Part shown: positions 56,905 through 64,000 of the stretch, piece after piece
Layout: every line of letters starts with the position of its first letter
How positions within the stretch are numbered: the stretch's first letter is position 1
Origin: Gemmatimonadota bacterium
GTDB taxonomy: Bacteria; Gemmatimonadota; Gemmatimonadetes; Palauibacterales; KS3-K002
Direction: 5' to 3'
Assembly: GCA_039586575.1 (NCBI GenBank)
Contig: JBDHKD010000002.1
Span: 1,128-65,127 of the forward strand
Length of the DNA stretch: 64,000 bases
Position numbers and translations under genes: made by a program
Notes under the pieces: generated by a model
What the model was told of the DNA's origin: nothing
Seen by the model: only the letters and a program-made list of their open reading frames with translations
Databases searched by the model: none

Positions 56905-58242
56905 ATGACCCGCCCACGGACGATCCGACAAATATCGCGAACCCGGGTGCGGGACGATAGATCTGGGATCGCTCTGCTGACGGTTCTGTTGGCCATGGCG
57001 CTGCTTACCGTGATCGGCGCCGCGCTCGCCGCCATCGGCATCGTCGAGTATCGCAAGTCCCTCAACCATCGCTCCGCGACCCGCGCGCTGCTGCTCGCCG
57101 ATGCCGGTGCCAGCCACGTGCTGGGGCTGATGCGCGGGCCACTGAGCCACTTCACCTACAGTGACGTTATCAGGGGGGACGACCGGGCTCCGAACACGCA
57201 GGATGACGGTGTGCTGGCGGGCTTCGGGCTCGACGCGTTCGATGAGCTGCCCGACACCGGAGTCGTGCTGGGCCTGGGCCGCTACTTCGTTAGGCTGGAG
57301 AACGACGCCGCTGACCCCAGCGGCGACCCATCTACCGACTCCAATCACAGGGTCGTCGCGATCTGTCGCGGCGAGCTGCCCGACGGCGGTGTCGCGGAGG
57401 TCCGCGCGATACTCGCCGCGCCGAGCTTCCCGGCCATCGTCAGCAACGGAGACCTCACGTTGCCCGGCAACCCGGAAGTGCTAGGACCGTGCGCAGGCGT
57501 TCACGCCAACGGCGACCTGAGGGTCAGCGGGCATCCGACCGTGGATGGAGAGGCGACGGCGTCCGGCGAGTTGATCTTGAGCGGCACGATCTACGACGCG
57601 AACGGCAACATCGTGGTTCCGCGCTACCAGCAGCAGATGGAGGTCCCCCAATACAGCTTGCAGAGCTTCTGCGCAGACGCCGACTACGAGCTCCTCGATG
57701 GCTATGTGGTCGCCGCGGGTCCGCCACGCCAGAGCACCCTGGCCACCGGCAACGGACACCTGGGCTGGAAGTGGAACGCGAGCCAGGGTACGTGGAGCCT
57801 ATCGGGTAGCGAGGCGGTTTCCGGCACTTACTGTGTGCACGGCAACGTATCGGTGACCGGCAACATCGGGAGTGACGGTGCGCCGCTGCAGATCTCGATC
57901 CTGGCCAGCGGGTCGGTCCAGGTGGCGGGGAACCCGAAGATCGAGGCCGACCACCCCGACGGCGTCCTGATCCTGGCCGAAGGCGACGTGCAGATCGCTG
58001 GCAACGCCTCGGGGATGACGCTCTCCTACGCCGGCCTGGTCTACGCCGGCAGCCAGTGCGAGGTCAACGGCACACCCAGCGTTGGGGGGCATGTCATGTG
58101 CTACGACGATCCCGACCCGCTGGGCGCCACCAATCTCGTTAGCGAGAACAAGATCAACGGGACTCCCGAAGTCACCTACGACTGTACGGGCGAACGGCGC
58201 CGCACCCTGATGGCGACGTGGTGGGAGTCACGAGCACGATAG
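56905..58242 (+). CDS. PilX_N-domain minor pilin paralog (tandem duplicate of the preceding gene), 445 aa
   Basis: …DRSG|IALLTVLLAMALLTVIGAAL; about 60% identical and co-linear with the previous protein, including all 7 Cys and the shared C-terminal CxGERRRTLxAxWWESR. Confidence 0.6.
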   Translation: MTRPRTIRQISRTRVRDDRSGIALLTVLLAMALLTVIGAALAAIGIVEYRKSLNHRSATRALLLADAGASHVLGLMRGPLSHFTYSDVIRGDDRAPNTQDDGVLAGFGLDAFDELPDTGVVLGLGRYFVRLENDAADPSGDPSTDSNHRVVAICRGELPDGGVAEVRAILAAPSFPAIVSNGDLTLPGNPEVLGPCAGVHANGDLRVSGHPTVDGEATASGELILSGTIYDANGNIVVPRYQQQMEVPQYSLQSFCADADYELLDGYVVAAGPPRQSTLATGNGHLGWKWNASQGTWSLSGSEAVSGTYCVHGNVSVTGNIGSDGAPLQISILASGSVQVAGNPKIEADHPDGVLILAEGDVQIAGNASGMTLSYAGLVYAGSQCEVNGTPSVGGHVMCYDDPDPLGATNLVSENKINGTPEVTYDCTGERRRTLMATWWESRAR

Positions 58243-58340
58243 ACCCGCCAAGTTCTGGAGTCAGACGTCAACCCAACAGACGGCGAGCGCCGGACCGGCG
58301 CTCGCCGTCGCGCATCTTGCAGGCCATTTGCCAACGGAAG

Positions 58341-59798
58341 TCAGGACCGCAGCATCTCCGACCAGCGAAGTGTCGGACCTATCAGAACGGGAATACTCTC
58401 GCTCCGAGCCTGGTACATGGCAGTGTCGGCTTCGATGACCAGGCGCTCGACGATTCTCGGGAAGTCGGGAAAACCCAAATCCATCGGTGAGACGTCGTCC
58501 GCCTCCAAGGTGACGAGGCCGATCGTCGTCTTGATCGGCGGTATCCCCTTCGGCCACGAGCGGGCCTGCTCGCCGGCCAGCGCCGATCGGATGCGATTCG
58601 CGACTACCCCGCCTCCCTCGGGGTTGGCATCGATGAGAACGATTAGGAACTCATCCCCACCGAAGCGGCCTACGACATCCGAATCCCGCACGCAGCGCTT
58701 GAGCAGGCTGCCCATGTGCCTGAGCGCGCGGTCACCGACAACGTGCCCGTGCTCGTCGTTCAGATTCTTGAACTTGTCGATGTCGAGCATCGCCACCGTG
58801 ACGGGAAACGCCTTGCGCCAGGCCAACTTGAGCGACTCGCGCAGGCGTTCCATCGTGAATTGCTTCTGGTAGACCCGCGTTGTCGTGTCGACGGTGGCCA
58901 GTTCGTACAGTGCGGCATTACGGATCGCCGCAGCGGCCTGGCTGGCGAAGACCTGAAGAAGATCGATGTCACGCTCGCCGATGCCCGGCTTGTTGAGATA
59001 GGCCAGTCCCAGGACGTGGTCTGCCAGCGTGAGTGGCAATACACCGTGATCGTCGTCGATGATGTTGCTGCGCTCTTCGACTGCCCGCCGCATCAGCTGG
59101 TCGGGGACCGCTCTGAGTTTGTTGATCGAGGCGCCGCGCGGGTAAGAATCGCTGCTGGCCGCGGCGACCACGTAGTCATCGACGCTCTGCGGAGAGTATA
59201 TGAAGCCTTCGATGCTCGGCTTGCCGACCGGGTCGCTCAGCCGCGCGGCGACAAACGCGCTCTCGCCGCCCATCAGCCGGCTGACCTCGTCCAGGATCGT
59301 CTCCGTAACATCCTCGAGCGACTGGATCTGGTGTAGTTGGGGTACTGCTTCCAGGACCCGCCTTAACCCTTGGCGTGAGCGCCGGATCATGTCCAGCTGC
59401 TGCGCCGCCTGCAGGGCGGCGTTCACCCAGAGCCGCAGGCCCTGCTCACCGTGACCTTTGTCGTGATAACCATAGGCCTTGTGCTCGCGGGTTACCCGGC
59501 TAAAACGTCCTCCCGGAGCGCCGTTGCCCATGAGCACGATGGGTGCTCCCGGAGCCAGCTCCCGCAAGTCGGCCAGCGGGTCGGCGCCGTCGATCTCCAG
59601 CAACGCCAGCTCGACCAGTAGCGCGTCGGGCAGATGGTCGGCCAGAAAGCTCGCGGCAGCGATGAGGTCCTCGACTCCCCAAACGCAATGGCCCTCCTCG
59701 GCGATGTGGCCGCAGCTTCGACTGAGGAAGTCAGGGTCGCTGTCGATGAGCAGAACGCTGAGTCCCTGCTTCGCGCGATTGCGACGCAGAAGGGTCAT
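58341..59798 (-). CDS. Receiver-like (REC) - GAF - GGDEF protein (response-regulator-type diguanylate cyclase), 485 aa
   Basis: N-terminal REC-like fold (VLLIDSDPDF…ALLVELALLEIDG), central GAF, C-terminal GGDEF with intact RFGGDEF and upstream I-site-like RxxD. Confidence 0.8.
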   Translation of the reverse strand: MTLLRRNRAKQGLSVLLIDSDPDFLSRSCGHIAEEGHCVWGVEDLIAAASFLADHLPDALLVELALLEIDGADPLADLRELAPGAPIVLMGNGAPGGRFSRVTREHKAYGYHDKGHGEQGLRLWVNAALQAAQQLDMIRRSRQGLRRVLEAVPQLHQIQSLEDVTETILDEVSRLMGGESAFVAARLSDPVGKPSIEGFIYSPQSVDDYVVAAASSDSYPRGASINKLRAVPDQLMRRAVEERSNIIDDDHGVLPLTLADHVLGLAYLNKPGIGERDIDLLQVFASQAAAAIRNAALYELATVDTTTRVYQKQFTMERLRESLKLAWRKAFPVTVAMLDIDKFKNLNDEHGHVVGDRALRHMGSLLKRCVRDSDVVGRFGGDEFLIVLIDANPEGGGVVANRIRSALAGEQARSWPKGIPPIKTTIGLVTLEADDVSPMDLGFPDFPRIVERLVIEADTAMYQARSESIPVLIGPTLRWSEMLRS

Positions 59799-59977
59799 GG
59801 TGATCCAGTGGCCCGGGCGCCTGCCGGTCCGGTATATGTTTGACTCACGGGTATTTAGAGCGGGGGAGTTGAAGCGGCGGTGGGAGGGGGCGTAACTGTA
59901 TACACGTCTGAGGCCCAGAGGTTCACAGCGGCCGGGCGACGCTCGGCATTCCGATGGGCCGGCGTCAGGAGGCTGAG

Positions 59978-60976
59978 ATGATCGAGATGCGAGCCGTGGT
60001 TTTCAGGCAGCCGGGAGGCCCAGAAGTCCTTGAGATTCAACGAGTTGCGGCTCGAGAACCGGGCCGGGGCGAGATCCGGGTCCGTGTCCACGCCGCCGGT
60101 GTCAATCGCGCCGACCTCCTGCAACGTCGAGGCCTCTACCCGGCGCCGCCGGGCTGGCCGGCCGAGATCCCTGGCCTCGAGTATGCCGGCGTGGTCGAGG
60201 CCCTGGGCGAAGGGGTCGAGCTGTGGGACGTAGGGGACCGCGTGATGGGGCTGGTTGGGGGTGGCGGCTATGCGGAATACGTGGTGGTGCCCGAGCGCGA
60301 GGCGATCGCGGTACCCGCGTTGCTGTCGCTGGAGGAGGCGGCGGCGGTCCCCGAAGTGTTCATCACAGCCCACGACGCTCTCTTTAGCCAGCTACATCTG
60401 GAGCTAGGCGAGCGACTTCTGATCCACGCGGTGGGCAGCGGTGTCGGGATTGCCGCCTTGCAGCTGGCGAAGGCTGTGGGCGCTACGGTGATCGGAACGT
60501 CGCGCTCCGAATGGAAGCTGGAGCGCGCCACTGATTTCGGTTTGGACGTCCTCATCAACACGGCCAGCCATGACTTCTCCCTCATGGTCGAGCAAGCGAC
60601 GGCCGGCCAGGGCGTCGACGCCGTTCTCGACCTTGTCGGTGCTCCCTACCTGGCCGGCAATCTGCTTTGCCTGGCGGAGAAGGGCCGGATCATCGTCGTG
60701 GGGTTGACCGCCGGCCGCACGGGCGAGATCGACCTTGGTGTGCTGCTCCGCAAGCGCGTGCGTCTTATCGGGACTTCTCTACGCTTTCGTCCGCTGGAGG
60801 AAAAGATCGATGCGGCTCGGGCCTTCGATCACGACGTGGGTCCGCTGCTGGCGAGCGGGCAGATCCGTCCTGTCATCGACCGGGTCTTCCCACTCGAGGA
60901 GTCGGTCGAGGCGCATCGGCACATGGAGGCGAACCTCAACTTCGGTAAGTTGGTCTTGAAATTGCCCCTCAAGTGA
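59978..60976 (+). CDS. NAD(P)H:quinone oxidoreductase / zinc-independent MDR family (Qor-like), 332 aa
   Basis: MDR pattern: MRAVVF…GGPEVL, GxGxxG-like AVGSGVGIAALQLAKAVGA, C-terminal …GKLVLKL. Confidence 0.85.
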   Translation: MIEMRAVVFRQPGGPEVLEIQRVAAREPGRGEIRVRVHAAGVNRADLLQRRGLYPAPPGWPAEIPGLEYAGVVEALGEGVELWDVGDRVMGLVGGGGYAEYVVVPEREAIAVPALLSLEEAAAVPEVFITAHDALFSQLHLELGERLLIHAVGSGVGIAALQLAKAVGATVIGTSRSEWKLERATDFGLDVLINTASHDFSLMVEQATAGQGVDAVLDLVGAPYLAGNLLCLAEKGRIIVVGLTAGRTGEIDLGVLLRKRVRLIGTSLRFRPLEEKIDAARAFDHDVGPLLASGQIRPVIDRVFPLEESVEAHRHMEANLNFGKLVLKLPLK

Positions 60977-61072
60977 AGCCCAACTGATCCGCCGCCTCCG
61001 CCCCGCTTGGGAGGCGATTCGCGATCGGTCGTGAGATCGCGCAGCTCGCCGATGAGCGTGAAGCTGCGCACC

Positions 61073-61639
61073 TCAGCCGTCGGGTGGCGGCTGCCAGCCC
61101 GGCCTCGTCAACCGGGGTGAGTCAAGGTTGATCTGTTGCATCCGCGAGTCGGACTCGAACGCTGTACACTCGCTGATCGTGCCGTCGGCCTCGATCATCT
61201 TAGTCTTATCGTCGCTCCAGATCCTGTCTTCGGACGGCAGGTAGTACAGCACCGAAGTCTCCAATCGTCGGCCTTCGGCACGATTCACTACAACCACGTC
61301 TTCCCTGGCGGTCATGTCACCGGTGTCCCAGTCGTACGTACCCTCACGGGACGTGAGAACCGACGTCTCCTCACCGTCTTCGTTGTAGAAGGTGACCCTC
61401 AGAACACGCAGCTCGACTATCGGCCGATTTTCCAGAAGGAACGCCGTGTCGGCCTCGACGAGGGCGCGCCGTATCCCGTCCGCTGTCACGTTATTCTCGT
61501 AGCCGAAGGCGACCATGTTTGCGTCGGGGTTGAGCTGCAGGATATCCTCAGCTACTAGAGGTGGCTCACCGCTCTCACCACACGCCTGCGTATAGAAGAC
61601 CAGACAGAGCGCCGCTGCAACCCGAGCAGACGTGCTCAT
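61073..61639 (-). CDS. LptC/OstA-like fold lipoprotein (standalone), 188 aa
   Basis: ATG at 61639 gives MSTSARVAAALCLVFYTQAC lipobox; beta-jellyroll pattern reminiscent of LptC (…LRVLRVTFYNEDGEETSVLTSREGTYDWDTGDMTAREDVVVVN…LETSVLYYLPSEDRIWSD…). Confidence 0.4.
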   Translation of the reverse strand: MSTSARVAAALCLVFYTQACGESGEPPLVAEDILQLNPDANMVAFGYENNVTADGIRRALVEADTAFLLENRPIVELRVLRVTFYNEDGEETSVLTSREGTYDWDTGDMTAREDVVVVNRAEGRRLETSVLYYLPSEDRIWSDDKTKMIEADGTISECTAFESDSRMQQINLDSPRLTRPGWQPPPDG

Positions 61640-62010
61640 ACTACCCGCGCCCGCATCAGGGCCAGAGCTGAGCCCTTGACCGTCCACATCCGCCGCCACA
61701 CCCTCTTACAACGTGAACAACACATACGCCCTTAATCTAGCAGGGAGAGCGTCACGGTGAACGGTATCCGCCCCCCTTCGCGGGGAGGCATATTACAATC
61801 AGACTTCGGTAAGATCGTTCTCCGCCTCGAGGGCTAGCTCGGCGGGTGTCCGCCGGGCGCACACCTCGCGTATCCCTCCGACACAGGTGCCCGAGGAGAC
61901 TTTCTCCCCAATGGCCTAGCTCGCTCGCTCTCACCGTCCGAGGTGCGGCACCGGGCTTGCCATGATTCCCGACGAGGACCGTAGGCGGCGCTTGACCTCG
62001 ACGGGAGGGA

Positions 62011-62823
62011 ATGATGAGCCAAGCTCGCCTTTTATCAGCCAGCGCGGCCGCCTTGCTGCCTGGACTTCTGATCGCTGCTCTTGCAGCGAGCGCCGGCGCC
62101 CAGGAGCTGGGCGACGGTTCGCGGGGCGGCGGTTTGGGCCTGGGACTCGGCGTGGTGATCGGTCTACCCCAGGGCGCGTTCGGCCGGAACGTCGACCCGA
62201 GCTTCGGATTGGGTGCCTCGCTGTTCTTCGATCTCGGCGCGCACACCGATCTGGGCCTGCGCATCGACGGCTCGATGGTGTACTATGGGAGCGAGACGCA
62301 AGATAAACAGTTGGTCGTGCATCTGCCTGGCCTATTCACTGACGTTCACAACATCGACGTCACCACCAGGAACCGGATCGGCTCCCTGCTCGCTGGCCCG
62401 CAGCTCACGTTCGAGGTCGGAGACGTGCGACCATATCTGCACCTGGGCGCCGGCTTCTCTTACTTCTGGACCGGTGTGGACTATGAGCTGCCATGGGAGG
62501 ACGACGATCACCAGTGCGAAGACTGGGATGATGATGGGCAATGCGACGAGGACATCGACTTCGGCAAGCTCGCCCTCTTCTTCGAAGGCGAAACCCTTTA
62601 CGATCACTGGGCGTTCGCCTGGACGGCCGGTGGCGGAGTCGACGTCGTGCTGAGCCGCAGTGTCACACTGTTCTTGGGAGCCCAGTGGTTGGAGAACGGG
62701 CGGGTTCGCTATTTGAGGGAGGGAGACGTCCGCGAACACCCCGACGGTTCATACTCCTTCACCCCGGTCGAGAGCAGCGCGAACTTGTTGCTGTTACAGA
62801 TAGGTGTGCGTGTCACCGGTTGA
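62011..62823 (+). CDS. Outer-membrane beta-barrel protein with acidic Cys-containing surface insertion, 270 aa
   Basis: GGGAGGGA RBS; signal peptide …LLIAALAASAGAQE; beta-strand pattern; insertion WEDDDHQCEDWDDDGQCDEDIDFG. Confidence 0.55.
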   Translation: MMSQARLLSASAAALLPGLLIAALAASAGAQELGDGSRGGGLGLGLGVVIGLPQGAFGRNVDPSFGLGASLFFDLGAHTDLGLRIDGSMVYYGSETQDKQLVVHLPGLFTDVHNIDVTTRNRIGSLLAGPQLTFEVGDVRPYLHLGAGFSYFWTGVDYELPWEDDDHQCEDWDDDGQCDEDIDFGKLALFFEGETLYDHWAFAWTAGGGVDVVLSRSVTLFLGAQWLENGRVRYLREGDVREHPDGSYSFTPVESSANLLLLQIGVRVTG

Positions 62824-62834
62824 CCCGCCCGCCG

Positions 62835-63275
62835 CTACTTGTCCTTCTTGGTCATGGGCTCGCAGGCGATGACGCCTTCGGTCTGGGCCGGCTCGTACGG
62901 GTCAATCTCACCGATAAAGATTGCGCAGTAGAATCGGTCCGGCCGCCGCAGTTTGTGCTCGGCCCGGGCCGACCATCCCCTCTCATCGGCGCGCATCTTG
63001 ATCATCACGTTGGGGCTGGGTGTGAAATCGAGCCGATGCGTCTGGCTGGCGTAAGTGGCGCTTGCATCTTGGTTCGGGTCGTCTGCGAAGTAGCCGCCGG
63101 TAGAGGCGTGGTAGACTTCCTGTGCATGGGTCAAACTGCGTAGATCCGACTCCATCACCGCCAGATAGGCCGAGCTCTTGGCCCGCTGGAGGGTAGCCGA
63201 GCCCATGGCGGTGAGGATGGCGATGATGACCATGGCGAAGATCAGCTCGAGGATCGTGAACCCTCGAGATCTCAT
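62835..63275 (-). CDS. Type IV major pilin candidate (PilA/PilE-like), 146 aa
   Basis: AGGAGGG RBS; MRSRG|FTILELIFAMVIIAILTAMG canonical class III signal with Glu+5; C-terminal Cys pair (…FYCAIFIGEIDPYEPAQTEGVIACEP…) consistent with a D-region disulfide loop. Confidence 0.75.
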   Translation of the reverse strand: MRSRGFTILELIFAMVIIAILTAMGSATLQRAKSSAYLAVMESDLRSLTHAQEVYHASTGGYFADDPNQDASATYASQTHRLDFTPSPNVMIKMRADERGWSARAEHKLRRPDRFYCAIFIGEIDPYEPAQTEGVIACEPMTKKDK

Positions 63276-63406
63276 GATAGATTGCCCTCCTGGCGGGAAG
63301 AATGCGCTGGCGGGGGTGGTAGCCAGCCCTTGTAGTCTGCCGCCTTTTCTGCCTGTCCGCAAGTCCGCTGGTTGCAGAAAGGCCTGGCGGCCGGGCCCGC
63401 AGCCGC

Positions 63407-63964
63407 TCAGGGGATCGCCGTCGCCAACGTGTCGTTGTGCCAGTTGATCAACGTCCGCATATACGATCCGATGCGATCCGCTCCCTCGAAGCCGGCCGCC
63501 CGGGCTGCCGCTTGCTTGCGCTCCTCTGGCACATCGGCGCTGCCGGCGAAGTCCTTGATATCCCGGTAGAACCCTATCGTGTAGAGGTCCCAGGCCCCGC
63601 CGGCCACACGAGTGAAGATCAGGTTGAGGGGCCGCTCGATCCCTTTTAGGTAAGCGTTCTCCATGTGGCGCTCTTCCAGCAGCGCGTCTCGCTTACCGGC
63701 GAGCGCAACGAACATCTCGACGTGGTAATAGGCGGTGGTGGTGAACGCGCTGTCCACGGCCTCGAGCGGCGGCCCGAGCACGAAGACCTCCTCGCGCCAG
63801 GCGATGAGCTGTCCGAGCGCGCTCTCGAACTCCGCTTCCGAGATTCCCGATTCCCGTGCGGCACGCTGACGCCGGGCGATCGCGTCCGCCGAGTGGTGCT
63901 CGGCAAAACTGCCCATGGGGAAGAGGAGCAGCAGATCCCAGTGGTCGCCCTGGCTGTGTCGCAT
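63407..63964 (-). CDS. Hypothetical protein; the in-window ORF starts at the ATG at 63964 and continuation beyond the window edge is not excluded (at least 185 aa)
   Basis: Open frame with no stop up to the window edge region; no confidently recognised domain. Confidence 0.35.
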   Translation of the reverse strand: MRHSQGDHWDLLLLFPMGSFAEHHSADAIARRQRAARESGISEAEFESALGQLIAWREEVFVLGPPLEAVDSAFTTTAYYHVEMFVALAGKRDALLEERHMENAYLKGIERPLNLIFTRVAGGAWDLYTIGFYRDIKDFAGSADVPEERKQAAARAAGFEGADRIGSYMRTLINWHNDTLATAIP

Positions 63965-64000
63965 CCAGAACGGCCGCTCCTCAGCGGCCTCGTAGACCGG

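Noticed and set aside
55411-57348. 645-aa minus-strand ORF covering both PilX-like genes
   Set aside because: Runs antisense across two genes and an intergenic spacer. His/Arg/Gly-rich. The plus-strand genes have prepilin leaders and coupled starts.
1-64000. Looked for CRISPR arrays, tRNA or rRNA genes, IS elements, integrases
   Set aside because: No regularly spaced direct repeats were seen. No intergenic segment has a tRNA T-arm-like GGTTCGAATCC/GTTCRANYC pattern. No transposase or recombinase-like ORFs were found.

Overview
High-GC (~66-68%) bacterial chromosomal window, gene-dense on both strands. The phylum cannot be fixed from sequence alone; the gene content suggests a Gram-negative soil or sediment lineage (Gemmatimonadota-, Myxococcota- or Acidobacteria-like). 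It has outer-membrane beta-barrels, a TorF-type porin, type IV pilins and RND pumps. Recognisable content: two RND efflux loci, one of which is a complete permease-OMF-adaptor operon next to a convergent LytS/LytTR two-component pair. A TPP riboswitch precedes two tandem TenA paralogs. Housekeeping and metabolic genes include trxC-type thioredoxin, an HDAC-family deacetylase, ornithine cyclodeaminase, ETF-QO, Asp/Glu racemase, rho, Fe/Mn SOD, hisA, fetAB-like ABC exporter, hutH, hslR, a PEBP protein, DinB, and NmrA. An ATP-dependent DNA ligase is followed by a displaced, diverged 3' fragment of a ligase gene, which is an insertion or recombination scar. Other features are a neutral ceramidase overlapping a TorF porin gene, a membrane-anchored Ser/Thr kinase, and several NTF2-like lipoproteins. 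The most system-like accessory content is a type IV minor-pilin operon (GspH/FimT-like, PilV-like, PilW-like and two long tandem PilX-like paralogs) that lacks PilY1 and PilE. It is flanked by a convergent REC-GAF-GGDEF regulator, with a separate PilA-like major pilin about 4.6 kb downstream. No rRNA, tRNA, CRISPR array, transposase or integrase was seen. Many long antisense or alternate-frame ORFs in the six-frame track are GC-composition artefacts and were rejected.
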